A DNA stretch of 64,000 nt from Octopus vulgaris (GCA_951406725.2 OX597827.1:44702001-44766000), one strand, 5' to 3'; positions 12,551 through 27,941 are shown, numbered from the stretch's first letter. Numbers and translations: made by a program. Notes: generated by a model not told the origin, from the sequence alone.

Positions 12551-13675
12551 AAAGATTTTAGCTGCTATTTCTAACCAGTCAAGCAACCACTTAATGGTTC
12601 CTTCATTGAGAAGTTATCGCTAGATATGAGACTTTCTAACCTTAGAGAGTGAGAATATAAATTTGTTATTTAGCCCTGAGTCAGCCCTGGTTGAGCAGGC
12701 AAACCTAGGGATGCAAGATATTCCAGCCACATGCATCTCTGCTCTGCTTTTTTTTTCTTGCCTTGATATCTGAAGGACTATATTGTTCAATGCTTTTTTT
12801 TTGTTGTTAACAGTTTATATTGTGATTTGAGAGATATTTAGGTGTCATTTCTAGCAGATCAAGCAACGTTGTGGCTTTTGTTATTTTGTGAAAGCTCAGC
12901 CATTTGAATGACAGAGTTCACTTGACAAGCCTCTGCACAGCCTCTGTCTATCATCAGCCACTTTGACTCAAAAGCATAGGTTGATCCAACGCTATAATAG
13001 GAAACACATGTCAATGACACTCCACCGAGTTGCCTGACCCAGGACTTCATGATTACCAAACAGACTTCTTAACAATCTAGTCATGCCTGCATGCATATAT
13101 AGACATATATAGAGACTCTGTAATGTGTAAATTAACCTAGATGCAACTCATTCTTTCTCTTTTTATATATGAGATGAAAATACGCTTTACTGTATGCATA
13201 ATACATTCCGTCTGTGAATATTAATTTATGTTTGTTTAGGTTTAGCATTTTTCTTGTTAAACAAAGACATTAGATCGATGCAATGGACATTTTGGGTTCT
13301 ATAAAACAAAGTGTTAGTTGCCATTCTTTTCATAAAAATGTACATATGTGTAATATATATTTGTATATATGTGTGTATGTGTGTATATTTATGCATGTGT
13401 GTGTGTGTGTACATATGTGTGTGTATATATATATATATATATGCATGTGTATTTATATATATATATAGTCAATATATATATATGGATGTGTGTGTGTGTG
13501 TGTAATACAGGGTTATGTAAGTGTAAATAATGTGTGTGGTGTTCAAAGAGTAGAAAAAAGTTCAATAAATACATTTAAAAATCTGATTGCTAATTTCACT
13601 GTATTTTAATTTCCTTTTCCATTTTAACATCTTCCAAGTAACATCACCGACACCACTATCACCACGTTGTCTCTC

Positions 13676-13722
<47 letters not shown>

Positions 13723-14259
13723 CCTCTCTCTGTCTCTTTCTCTCTCTGCATCTCTCTCTCTCTTGTTCACTTGCATGCAGGTCCAAATGTGCATCATAAT
13801 ATAACACAGTCGATAAAACAACTCATGTCAGAATGACTGGCCAAGATATGCAATAAAGACCAAAAGAAAGAGAGAAAAGGGGAAAAAAAAAAACTGACCG
13901 AGATAACTTGCGCGATATGCAATCAATATTCACCTCACACCCTACCCTTTGCTAGTGATTATTATTACCATTATTACTGTTGTTTTTATTTATTTATTTA
14001 TTTATTTATTTATTGTATTTATTTCTTTGTCTGAGCTCAAAATCATTTTCAAACATCATTCCTGAATGCGATAGAGAGGGTTTTTTTTTTATAGCAGTTC
14101 CTCTTTCTCCCCCTTTTTTTTTATTGAAAAAAAAAAATCTTATTTCTTTTTATATATTCATTTATTTATTTGTTCTTTCGGTCGCCTTTGCTGCTCAACT
14201 CAGTTCACCACACACACATACATACACATATATATTTTTTATATATATATATATATATG

Positions 14260-14315
<56 letters not shown>

Positions 14316-14937
14316 CATACACGCATACATGCACCAAACCTTCCAGAGAGGGTGCTTCTTTCTGTGATAGAAAATAAAAAAACGTAAAACACAAGCACGC
14401 ACAAAAGTAGTTCTAAGGATAATTTTATAATGATGTTTTTAGTGCCATGTTTGTTTCCAGGAAAATCTTCAAACAGTACCATTGGTGTGTGGATGTGTGG
14501 AAAGCTTAGTTAGAAATGAAGTAGATTATTATTATCATTATTGTTATTGTTTGTTGTTGGTGATGGTGATGGTGGTGGTGGTGGTGCTTCTGCTGCTGCT
14601 GCTGTTCTTGTTATTTCAGCAGTTATATTTTTATTGCATGCTTTCACTGCACAACCTAGCACTGCATTCTGTGTGCCTTGATATAAATTGTTTTTCGCTT
14701 TTTTTTGGGGGGGGGTGTCTTTTGCTAATGTATTGAAAGTACTCTGTTTTATATATATATACATACATACATACATTCATACACACTCCTACATCTTCAT
14801 AAACATAGATACCTATGTATATATGTGTGTATACATATTTTTTTGCATGTGTATGTTGTACACGCATACATAACTTCTGGATTTTTTTTATGTATTTCAT
14901 TGTAAGAATCTCTTTTTTAATCATTCCCAAAGCACCT

Positions 14938-14946
14938 ATTATTATT

Positions 14947-15024
<78 letters not shown>
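14938..15024 (+). repeat. Compound microsatellite (ATT)n(GTT)~25
   Basis: Read directly from the sequence. Confidence 0.95.
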
Positions 15025-15435
15025 CACAATTCAGTTGAAAACCTAAAAAAAAAAAAAAATCAAGAAAATGCAAGCAAACATTTTGGCTATCTCTGTTTCC
15101 AGATCTAAATATCTGGAAATTAGTTTTACCAATTCTGTTAGAGATATAGCATCATTTGTCATAACTGATACATCAATTGCAAAGTATTTTTCTTTTTTTT
15201 TTTTCTATCATCTGTTCCAGTTTCAAATCAGGACACCATTCACTTAAGTCTCCATTTTTCCCAAAAATGTTTTGATAAAATAAATAACCATCAACAATAT
15301 ACTAGAGTGGAACTTATTTTATATTTCTCTTACTATTGAAATTGGTCTTGATTGGATGAGCAGAATTTCTATATCATTGGAAAGAGAACAACAAAAAGAA
15401 TGTCTTTGGGATATTTAATTGCATTCCTTTTAAAT

Positions 15436-15767
15436 CAATGGTTCTTGACCACTTTTTGCCTATGGACCCCTTTGATTCCTCTTTTAGTTTAGTGGACGCC
15501 TATAACCTTTCAAAATTCCAATTTTTCCACATGTTCACTTGTGTATGTTTGCCATAGCACTCTCTGAGAGAACATGTTTCAGCGTCCGTAAACATGTTGA
15601 ATTATGTAAAATGTTACAGAAAGAAACCTAGTTGTTTCTTGCAGTACATAAATACGTCTGGTGCAAAATCTTTTCATGGACCCTTACAATACTGATACGA
15701 ATCCCCAATTTACTAATTTGCTTATGTGGACCCCCAGCGATCATGTGGACCCCGGTTGGAATCAATG
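15436..15767. mobile_element. hAT-like MITE, degenerate
   Basis: CAATGGTTCTTGACC ... GGTTGGAATCAATG ends with multiple GGACCCC subterminal motifs. Related pieces occur at about 27135-27180, 28325-28348 and 53046-53641. Confidence 0.6.
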
Positions 15768-16414
15768 CTTTGAATTTTAATCGTTCATGGCCTAGTGGTT
15801 AGGGTGTCGCACTCATGATTCTGAGATCATGCTTTCAATACCCAGACTGGCTGTTGGTTGTGTTCTTGTGCAGAGAACTTCATTTCACATTCCCCCAGTC
15901 CTCTCAGCTATAAATGGGTAACCTTGTGACAGTTAGGCATACAAGGGTGAGAGGGTGACTCAAGAAAATCACTCAAACAGAGGTCTTGCGTGACACAGTG
16001 ATCAAAAGGCTGAATAGTAAAGCCTGTATTGTGAATCCTTACTGGTTGTTCAATCATATCGAAGTATGGTTGATTGATTGATTAGATTCTGATTTCAAAT
16101 CGGACTGAGAATAGCTTTGCTTTCATCCACTCTGGATCGATAAAATAAAATAACAAATACTGAAGTCTATATAGTTCTATGTTCTTTTTTACCAAAATGT
16201 TACATAGTATTTATTAAAAATCACTCTTAGAAGATTAAATATGTCCTGTATCCCTTTCGAAAAACTGTTAATTGATTCCAAAAATTTCATGGACATTCCC
16301 CCCCACTTTTTTTTTCTAAGCCCAACTTAGCACTGACATTGTTTCTAAGCCTTTTTTCATTTGATGCCTTCACTCTGATTTTCTATTAAAAAATATGTGC
16401 TATCAAAATTAGCT

Positions 16415-16745
16415 TACAGGTGCTTGGCTCAGTGGTCAGAGAGTCGAGCTCACAATTATGAGTTCGATTCCCAGATCAGGCTGTGTGTTGTTTTCTTGAG
16501 CAAGACACTTTATTTCATGTTGCTCCAGTTCACTCAGCTGTGGAAAAAAGTTGTGACGTCACTGGTGCCAAGCTGTATCAGCCTTTGCCTTTCCTTTGGA
16601 TAACATTGATGTCATGAAGATGGTAGGCTAGTATGCATGAACAACTGCTAGTCTTCCATAAACAAATTTGCCTGGATTTGTGCCTCAAAAGGGAACTTTC
16701 TAGTTGCAATCCCATGGTCATTCATGACCAAAAGATGGTCTTTAT
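16415..16745 (+). mobile_element. SINE family C variant (tRNA head plus GTGTCCTTGAGCAAGACACTTTA domain)
   Basis: TGGCTCAGTGG A-box, GAGTTCGATTCC B-box and CTTGAGCAAGACACTTTATTTCA. A reverse copy lies at about 56150-56490 and a partial copy at about 15786-15940. Confidence 0.75.
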
Positions 16746-16759
16746 TCTTTACTTTACCC

Positions 16760-17075
16760 ATATCATTTTGGAATGCAGCCATGCTGGAGCAACCCCTTCA
16801 AGGATTTAATCAGACAAATCACCCCCAGTTATTATGAAGTCTGGTACTTATCCACTGAACCACTAAGTTATGGAGAGCAACAATTGTAACACAAACACTG
16901 CCACACACACACACACACAAAACGGGCTTCCACACAGTTTCCATCTGCCAAATTCATTCACAGTGTGTTGGTTGGCCCAGGGCTATTGCAGAAGACATTT
17001 GCCACACAGTAGGTCTGAACTCAAAACCACATGGTTGCAAAGCAAGCTCCTTAACCACATAGCTGTGCCTGTTTC

Positions 17076-17116
<41 letters not shown>

Positions 17117-17495
17117 GTCTTTTATTTTTTTACTTGTTTCAGTTGTTTGACTGCAGCCATGCTGGAGCACTGCCTTTAGTCAAACAGATCAACCCCAGGT
17201 TTCATTCTTTGTAAGCCTAGTATTTATTCAGTCGGTTTCTTTTGTTGAACCGTTAAGTTCAGGGACATAAACACACCAACAACAGTTGTTAAGCGATGGT
17301 GGGGTGGGGGAGACAATCATAGACCCACAAATACATACACACAGATATATTTTCCATCTACCAAATTCACTCACAAGGCTTTGGTTGGCATAAGGCTATA
17401 GTAGAAGACACTTGCCCAAGGTGCCATGCAGTGGGACTGAACCCAGAACCATGTGGTTGGGAAGCAAGCTTCTTACCACACAATCACTCCTATAA
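16760..17495 (-). mobile_element. Two tandem family A SINEs (one degenerate, one near full length)
   Basis: Family A blocks in reverse orientation at about 16760-17075 and 17125-17495. Confidence 0.8.
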
Positions 17496-18594
17496 ATGTA
17501 TGTATGCATGTATATATGTGTGTGTATGTATGCATTATGCAATACACATTAGAAAGAAGTTTTAAATAACCCCCCATAATTTCAGGCCTTGTGCCTTTAG
17601 TAGAAAGGATCATTATTATTATTGAATAAAAAAATTTTTGTTTTATACTTCAGAATAATTCTTTTCCTGTATTCATAAAACATTTTCTCTGAGAATACTA
17701 CTCTATTCAATTTTTTGTTTCTTAAAGGCTTAAAAAAAAAAAAAAACTGGAAAAATTTCCAACTTTATTTGATTTTAAAAAATTATCTCTTCTCTGTATT
17801 AAAGCCTGAGGATTAACATTAAGAAATAGTTTTGAATAAATAAAATAAGTATAAATACAAAAAGCTTTGGTTGAGATAGAAAAGGAAAAGAATAATCTTT
17901 AGGTCTTACATGAAATTTTACATTTGTAAAAGAATGTTATCTTGGCGTGTGTGTGTGTGTGTGTGTGTGTACATTTAGTTCTTTACTATTTTATATTGAA
18001 TCATATCTCCTCTTATTCATATCATGTGTGCCTTTTCTATTTTCATTTGCTAGTCATATCTGCAAGGCAGTGAGCTGGCCAAATAATTTGGGTGTTGGAA
18101 AAATTACTTTGCAGAATTTGTTCCCAGCTCTTTATGTTCTGTGTTCGAATCCCAACAAACTCAACTTTATTTTTTTCAGCACTTTCAGGGCCGATTAAAA
18201 ATAAAGTACTAGTCAAGTACTAGGGTTGATGGTATCAACTAAACTAGCCATTTCAAATTGCTGGCCTTGTGTCTCAACCAGAAACCATTATTATTCATAT
18301 CCATTGCAGTGTATAGCACAATCATTAGAGCAGCAGTGGATGAAATAGTTTGCTGTATTTAGTTACATGCCTGTACATTTTGAGGTCAAATCCTGCTAAA
18401 GTCAACTCATTAGAACAGCTACCAGTCTAATGCTAGCTGCTTGTTTTAATCAGCAATATTTTCTCCCAAATTTAAGGCCTCTTGCCTATGTTGAAAATCA
18501 TTTAGTCATGTCATGTTTACAAAGAGTTTTGGGTTATTCTTATCCCATATTCCTCACAAGAAATTCAGTCAGTTCTACCTTTTAAAAATATATA

Positions 18595-18823
18595 TTTCTT
18601 TATTGCCCCCAGGGGGCTAAACATAGAGGGGACAAACAAGGACAGACAAAGGGATCAAGTCGATTACATTGACTCCAGTTCATAACTAGTACTTATTTGA
18701 TCGACCCCAAAAGGATGAAAGGCAAAGTCGACCTTGGCGGAATTTGAACTCAGAACATAACAGCAGACGAAATACTGCTAAGCATTTTGCCCGGCGTGCT
18801 AACGATTCTGCCAGCTCGCCGCC
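18595..18823 (-). mobile_element. SINE family B, full length
   Basis: Reverse complement of 7051-7282. Confidence 0.88.
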
Positions 18824-20156
18824 TTTTATAAATATAATAGTTTGATTGCTGTTACGCCACATTAAATCATCATTGTCATCATCCAATCTTTTTGTTACCA
18901 TATTTCTGCTGAAATATACTGCCCTTGATTCAACTAATTTTATAAATAATGAAAAATTTGGTAACTATCTGGTTGTAGCCTGGTGCAGCCTTCTGGCTCA
19001 CCAGTCCTCAGTCAAACCATCCAACCTATGCCAGCATGGAAAGCGGACACTAAACGATGACGACGATGATGATGTCATTATTAATCTGGTATTTGCTACA
19101 TAAATTAAAATAAAAATTTGATGTAAGGTTTTAATTTAATTCACTGTAAAACAAGGATTATGTATCATATAATCAAGGGCAGTTTCAGGCAGGTTCGTAT
19201 CAAAAGGGTTCACTGCTGATATCATGCTGTCATAGGTGGGACAAGTTTGAGAGGGTCCAATGAGACAGAGGGCTACTTTAGGGAACAATGTTTGCTAGAT
19301 GCTGTTCCTAACACCAACTACTTTTACACTTTACGAAGTGTATTCTGTGCCTTCTTCACAGCAAAGGCACCAGTAAGGTCACCAAATAAATCACAATACA
19401 CAACAAACCTCTTGATAGAGTGAGGGTGCAGGATCTGGGAGGTAACCAGGTGTGAGGGAGAAATATTTTCACTGGTAATTATGATATACATACGATCATA
19501 TACAAACATATCTTAGTAAAATTTAAATTATTTATGTTCTGTTCAGGCCTTTTAAAAAATTTTTTGCAATGCATGTAAACAAGTGAACTAATGCAAGTCA
19601 TTTTTGCCCCAATCCATCATATTTCAGTGCATTCCTCTGTTTGTGTATGTGTGTTCACTTACATATATACAAGCATACATAAATACACATATACATACAT
19701 TCCACACTGGATTTCTGTGATAATTTATCTGATTTCTTTGTTACACACACACACACACACACACATGCACACGCACACACACACATACACACACACACAC
19801 ACGCGCACACACAGCTACAATAAGTGTGTTTGTATGTATACTCATTGACTGATTTCAAGCCATCTTCCTGTGCTCACATTATGCATTTAACTCCTCTGTG
19901 TGTGTGTGTGTGTGTGTATGTGTGTGTGTGTGCGCGCGCATATGGATGTGTATGTATTTGCTTCCTTATAATTATATTTATTTGTAGTCTGATAGAGATA
20001 AATAGATATATCTGTGTGTGTTTGTGTGTGTATATGTTTATGTATGTGTATATGTATATATATGTATGTGTATATGTATATATATGTATATATGTATGTG
20101 TATATGTATATATATGTATATATATATATGTATATATATATGTATATATATATATA

Positions 20157-20543
20157 TCTCTCTCTATATAAACGGCAGTTTGTCTGTGCGTGTTTCTGTG
20201 TGTCTGTTTGCTTGTACCCTCACCCTGACCACGGCTTTCAACCGATTCTGATGAAACTTGACACACACATAGCCCAATGTCATAATTCAAAACTAACGCA
20301 GCGAAAATTTTGAAAAGTTCCCCCAGTTCTGAAAAAAATTGATAAATTCGACATGGGGTCGAGAATCAGAAACACAAACCACAAACTGTCTAGGGGACGC
20401 AACTCCACCTTTTTTAACTCTCAAAAAAAAAAATTTACCATCATTTTTTTCCATTTTTTTTGCTATTTTTTTGCTATAACTCTCTAAAACTGCTTTATAG
20501 TTATTTCCCTTACAAACCTGAGCAACGCGGGATACTGCTATAG
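20157..20543 (+). mobile_element. Non-autonomous Helitron (second family)
   Basis: Starts A|TCTCTCTCTATATAAAC and ends CCTGAGCAACGCGGGATACTGCTATAG|T. The 3' terminus is similar to that of the 7877-8266 element but the interior differs. Confidence 0.75.
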
Positions 20544-21477
<934 letters not shown>

Positions 21478-22050
21478 GATGTTTAGGTTTGAATATGTAT
21501 TAATGTAATGTTTTTATAATGATGTATGTGCATCTTTTTGTACAGTTTGATCTCAAATATGATATAATATAACTCCCCTAAACATCAGTAATATATTTTA
21601 TCCTCTTTATCATTTTTTCCCTTTACACTTGAGTATAATGCTTCTAACCAATTTAGACTCTGATGGTTTGCATTAAATTTCTCATGTTTTACAGAAGTAC
21701 ATATGGTATGTATCTATGTATGTATGTATTTATGAATGTACATATATATATATTTATGTGTAGCAACCAATGTTTACTTTTCTTGATAATCATATCTGCA
21801 AGCATATATACATAGATATGTTTATAACATATTTATTTGTACAGTGGGACTGACCTCAGGAGCTACACGATTGCAAAACTAAATTCTCTACATGGCTATG
21901 CTTGTGAATGTGTGTGTGTGTGTTTGTGTTTGCTTGTGAAATAGAGAATAGCATTTCTCTATTTCAAACATTAAGATTAAAAGCCAGACATCAACCATGA
22001 ACAAGCGTGGTGTGATAACATGTACCATGTTTTCACTAATTATTTAGATA

Positions 22051-22125
22051 TTCTTGGTGGTATTAGTTATTGATGTATCCCTGCCTGTCATGTGGGAGAC
22101 CGGGGCTCAATTCCCCACTGGGAAG
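22051..22125 (+). pseudogene. tRNA-Asp(GTC) pseudogene
   Basis: TATCCCTGCCTGTCATGTGGGAGACCGGGGCTCAATTCCCCACTGGGAAG matches the eukaryotic tRNA-Asp segment TATCCCCGCCTGTCACGCGGGAGACCGGGGTTCGATTCCCCGACGGGGAG. The D arm and T loop are damaged, and a T5 run follows at 22136-22140. Confidence 0.8.
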
Positions 22126-22142
22126 GCCATTATACTTTTTAA

Positions 22143-22590
22143 GCACAGGCATGGATTGCTGCATGGTAAGAACTTTGCTTCCCAACAACATGGTTCTGGG
22201 TTCAGTCCCACTACATGACACTTTCAGCAAGTTTCTTTTATTATAGCCCTTGTGAGTGGATTTGATAAATGGAAACTGAAAGAAGCCCAGTGCGTGTGTG
22301 TGTGTGCGTGCTTGTTAGTGTTCATCCCCCATCATCACTTGACAGCCTGTGTTGGTTTGTTTACATTCCCATACCTTGGTGGTTCGTCTAAAAGGGACAT
22401 AAGCAGTAAGCACTAAGCTTAGGAAAAAATCAAGACCTTGGTGGTTCGTCTAAAAGGGACATAAGCAGTAAGCACTAAGCTTAGGAAAAAATCAAGACCT
22501 GGGCTCGATTTGTTTGACTAAACCCGTCAAAACAGTGTCCCAGCATGGCTGCAGTCCAATGACTGAAATGAGAAAAAGATGAAAGATCTA
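22143..22590 (+). mobile_element. SINE family A with internal 62-bp tandem duplication
   Basis: Family A blocks are present, and 22373-22434 is repeated exactly at 22435-22496. Confidence 0.8.
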
Positions 22591-23004
22591 TATAACTGTA
22601 ATCAGACATAGACACTCTCTTGAATCTCCTATTGTTTGGCTTAGTAGGACATCCAGTATGTAACAGCTGGAGGGAGAAGAGAGAGTGCTACACCAGCATT
22701 TGTCTAGGGCTCATTTTCAGGTGTGTAGATTGGAGCAAGCAATGTGAAATGAAGAGCTGTGCTCAAGGATACAACTTGCCACCCAACCCAGAAATTGAAC
22801 CAGCAATATCATGTTCAGGACTGTTGAGCCATGCACCTTCCTCTCAAACATATTGCAAACATATTTTTTATATCTATAGGCAACACCCTATTTGCATACA
22901 TGTTCATGCATTTCCCTGTGTGTGTGTGTGTGTGTTACATATTCTTATATTTATATGTAAGAATGGGGTGAACATGTCTAAAATTCTAGCTACAGTAATG
23001 TTGG

Positions 23005-23417
23005 ATTTACTTTTTTACTTGTTTCAGTCATGTGACTGTCGCCATGCTGGAGCACTGCCTTTAGTCGAGCAAATTGACCCCAGGACTTATTCTTTGTCAG
23101 CCTAGTACTTATTCTATCGGTCTCTTTTGCCGAACCGCTAAGTTATGGGGACGTAAACACACCACCATTGGTTGTCAAGCAATGTTGGGGGGGGGGGGGG
23201 ACAAACACAGTCACACAAACATATACACACACATACATATATATATATACACATATACGACAGGCTTCTTTCAGTTTCCGTCTACCAAATCCACTCACAA
23301 GGATTTGGTCAGCCCAATGCTATAGTAGAAGACACTTGCCCAAGGTGCCACGCAGTGGGAATGAACCCAGAACTATGTGGTTGGTAGGCAAGCTACTTAC
23401 CACACAGCCACTCCTTG
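23005..23417 (-). mobile_element. SINE family A, near full length
   Basis: Family A blocks in reverse orientation. Confidence 0.85.
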
Positions 23418-24031
23418 TAAATTTATGAATGGAATTATTTTCCAGATCATCTTCTATATCTGTCAAGCCATTTTTTTCTGTATCTGTCACTATAAATATG
23501 TCATTGACATACTTGGTACAGATAATACGATGATATTTAAGAATAACTTTGTTTTTTTAATGTTGTTAGCCATGTAAAAGAAAAAAAACCCCCAAAAATG
23601 CGGGCTACAGTGGAGAGCCCATAGTTACTTCATCCCCCTGGGATATAATGTGTATGCATTATAAGTAAGCATTAAATCAAAATAAAAGAGAAAGCCTAAA
23701 TACTAAGCAAAAATAAATAAAATTAATAAATAACCCAAAATTGATAAATGACAAAAGGCAAAAAAAAACCAAAACCAACGAGCAAAATGCAAGAGATAGA
23801 ATGTGTTTTTTGAGAAAGTCTATGAAGAATTAAGGAGAAAGCAATTTCCTCAAGACACTGTTAAATGGAATTATCCATCTGAAGCTGAAAGTTAATTCTT
23901 CGCAGATCAGCTTTCAGCAAGATAAAAATTCTTGCCAAATATTTATCATAATCATTTGCAACACAATACCATTTGTTTAAATAGACTGAGTGAAATGAGG
24001 TGGGGGGAGGGGGTAAGTCTCACTCCTCCCC

Positions 24032-24067
<36 letters not shown>

Positions 24068-24811
24068 CACCATCATCACCATCACTATTTGTACTGTTTC
24101 TTTCCAATTCTCTTTCGCTATGGTTACCCTGCTTCAAGGAAAGAAGCATATGGTGATGGTGGGGGGCGGGTACATCTCCTTCCCACCCGTATCACAAAAT
24201 ATAGTTTGTCATTTTACATTACCATCATCATCATCATAGTATCACCAAAATCATGATCATCATCATCATAACTACCATCAACATTACAATGATGATTATC
24301 ATCATTGTAACCATTGTCATCATCAGTATGGCTGTCATCAGCATCGTAGTACCATAATTCTCTTCCTTCTCCCCCTCTTCTTCGTCATCATTATCATCAT
24401 CATCATCAAAATAAGATTCCAAAGAAATTAGTGATACCCTACACCAACGAAATGGCAATACTGATAGTTTGAAACAGTGGAATATGTTTTTCATGTACTG
24501 AGGAAGAAAGAAAATCCTAATGTTTTGGATGGAATCCTTCCTCGGGGATAGAAACAAAATGCCAATAGGGGTTGAAGGATAAAAAAAATTTGGGGATTAG
24601 TAAGAGAGTGAAAGCAGGAAGGAGGAAGAAGAAGAGGTAACAAGTATTAGTAGAGGGAGCTGGGAAGTTTTAAGAGAGAGGAGAAAATAAAGGTAGCACC
24701 AGTAAATTTGAAGAATTTTGTGAGTAGAGGATTGGGGAAATGACAAGGAACACTGGACAGACAGACCTCTTCCACATGCTTTTATATCTATGCATCATTT
24801 AATTTAATTTA

Positions 24812-25045
24812 TTTCTTATTTACTGCCCACAAGGGGCTACACACAGAGGGGGCAAACAAGGACAGACAAATGGTTTAAGTCGATTATATCAACCCCAGTG
24901 TGTAACTGGTACTTATTTAATCGACCCCGAAAGGATGAAAGGCAAAGTCGACCTCGGCGGAATTTGAACTCAGAACGTAACGGAAACGAAATACCACTAA
25001 GCATTTTACCTGGCGTGCTAACGTTTCTGCCAGCTCGCGGCCTTC
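24812..25045 (-). mobile_element. SINE family B, full length
   Basis: Reverse complement of the family B consensus, with TTTAATTTAATTT on both flanks. Confidence 0.88.
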
Positions 25046-26064
25046 TTTAATTTAATTTTTTGGTATTTGGAGGATTGTGGGGCTCCAATATCTTATCTTG
25101 GGATGGTTTCTGTGGCTAAATGTCCTTCTGAATGCCAGCTGCTGTACAGGGTGTAGTGGGTGCTTTGTTCATGGTACCATTACTAATGAGGTAGGTAATC
25201 TAGCAACTTGCAAGGCTAAATAAGCCCCTGTAAGTAAATGAGAATAAGGAAGAGAGAGAGAGTGTGTGCATGTGTGTGTGTGATGGCTTTAGGTAAGGTG
25301 AAGGGAGATGGTGAAGAATGATGAAAACAGAATTATAGTCATGGGTTGGTGTACTAGAAAGAGAGTAACAAGGAAGTCAGTATAAGGTGGTGGGGAGGAG
25401 TTTGGAAGAAACAAGATAAAAGGGAAGAGATTAGATGTCACATGATCACTGTACATGTGCAGCATTGTCATACAAACGAAGATGTCTGCTTCCAGTCTTC
25501 TGCGAAAAAACATTCTAGCTAAGGGGAAATATTATTTTGGTGAGGGGTTGGCATCAAGCGGGGCATCTGGCTGTAGAAAGTTTGCCTCAACAAATTTTGT
25601 CTGACCTGTGCAAGCTAGAAAAATTGAACATTAAACAATGATGATGATGATGATACACAGAATCACAGACAGTTGCGAGTAACTACTGGCTGAGATTTTT
25701 ACCTGAAAAGTCAGAAATTTCCTCTCACACCACATGCCAACTTAAATAATTTTACTTTTATATACACACACACACATACACACACACACACACACACGCA
25801 CACAGATGTATGGACATTATGCATACATAGGCATACGTACAGATATACATGCTTACAGTCTTGTATAGCTGCAAAGAGGAGAGCCCTGAATCAAATGCCA
25901 ACATCTTAAAAAGGTCACTATGGACAATAGAATCCTTAGGATTGCAACTCAATAGCTTTATAATGAACATAAGTGGAGATATAAGGGCTATCAATATATA
26001 TATTTATATTGGATTGAGTGCTGCATTGGAAATACTCTGATTTTTTGCCCTTATAAGACCATCA

Positions 26065-26101
<37 letters not shown>

Positions 26102-26743
26102 TGAGTATGTTTTTGTGTACCTGTTCCTCTTTTCCCTTTCAATTTTTTTTTTTTTTTACAAATCTGTTAGTGTCCCTTTTATTTTCTCCTCTCCCTCTCT
26201 CTCTCACCAATATCACCTCCCACCACTAACACTTCTTACCTTTATCTCCTTTCCTTTTTTATGTTGGTTAATCCTTATTTATTCATCCTTCAACACCAGT
26301 TGACATTTCTCCCTCACTGATGAAGAGTTCCATCCACAAAACAGCCCCCAAAGCAGTTTGGCTTCTCTTCACCCTCAAGGCAATAAAAACCTTATTACAT
26401 ACTGTTTTTGTGTGTGTGTGTGTGTGTGTCATTGTTGTTAAAATGTATGAAAGGGAAAATTTTCTTCTGCCAGGAAGTGAAATGTCCACCCCCATCCCAC
26501 CCTGTTTGTGTTTCAGTACAAAAATAATGCAGTCACCTCATTCACCCATTAGTTTCCAACTATCAACCTACTGCTTCCCCCACCCCCGTATCAAACTATT
26601 TCTACCTCAAATCACTGCACCCTCTCCCTCATCCCACTTTATTAATTTTATGATGTCTTTCCTTTCTTTCTTTATCTGCCATTCTGATCCTTCATCTCCA
26701 GTTCTTGTTTTCCTCTATCTTCTCCCATTATATATGTACCTGC

Positions 26744-26954
26744 GGCGGCGAGCTGGCAGAACCGTTAGCACGCTGGGCGAAATGCGTAGCCATATTTCGT
26801 CTGCTGTTACGTTCTGAGTTCAAATTCCACCGAGGTCGACTTTGCCTTTCATCCTTTCTGGGTCGATAAATTAAGTACCAGTTATGCACTGGGATCGATA
26901 TCTGTCCTTGTTTGTCCCCTCTGTGTTTAGCCCCTTGTGGGTAGTAAAGAAATA
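26744..26954 (+). mobile_element. SINE family B with perfect 17-bp TSD
   Basis: ATTATATATGTACCTGC at 26727-26743 and 26955-26971. Confidence 0.9.
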
Positions 26955-27179
26955 ATTATATATGTACCTGCCTGTCGCTGTCCTGCTGTCTCCCTCCCGC
27001 CCGCCCTCCCCCTCTCTCTCCTCCACCCTCCCTCTCTGTTTATCTATATCTTGCATCTACACATGTGCACACTTATGTGCACATACACATACATGCTACA
27101 TCTCTCCTCACTTTCTAACCATATATCTTTCTGTCTACTGCCATTTTTTTGGCTATGGACCCTTTTGATTCCTATTTTA

Positions 27180-27643
27180 GGCGCAAGCATGACTGTCGTT
27201 AGGAAGTTTGCTTCCCAGTCACGTGGTTTCAGGTTCAGTCCCACTGCATGGTACCTTGGGCAAGTGTCTTCTGTTATAGCCTCGGGCCAACCAAAGCCTT
27301 GTAATTGAATTTGGTAGGTGGAAGTTATCAGCATGTGTGTACATGTGTAAGTGCTTGTGCCTCCTAACAGAGAGGGAGCCTCCACAGTCATTCAATGAAT
27401 ATCAAAAAAATCCTACTGTATTTTTATCATTAAATATTATTAAGAATTCTATAGAAATACTTTAATTTCTTGTGTAGGCGCAAGCATGGCTGTGTGGTAA
27501 GTAGCTTGCTTCCCAACCATATGGTTCCAAGTTCAGTCCTGCTGTGTGACACCTTGGCCAAATTGTCCTTTATTATAGCTTCAGGCCAACCAAAACCTTG
27601 TGAGTGGATTTGGTAGATGGAAAGTAAATACAATACATCATGT

Positions 27644-27696
<53 letters not shown>

Positions 27697-27941
27697 GACA
27701 CGCACATGCACATATATATATACTTTTATTTGTTTCAGTCGTTTGACTGTGGCCATGCTGGAACACCGCCTTTAGTTGAACAAATTGAACCCAGGACTTA
27801 TTCTTTGTAAGCCTAGTACTTATTCTATCGGTCGTTTTTGTCAAACCACTAAGTTACAGGGACATAAACACACCAACTTCGGTTGTTAAACGATGGGGGG
27901 AGTACAAACACAAACACACACACACACATACATATGTACAT

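Noticed and set aside
25695-25722. Minus-strand TTTCAG|GTAAAA juxtaposition
   Set aside because: Weak donor and a short, interrupted pyrimidine tract. Expected by chance in 64 kb.
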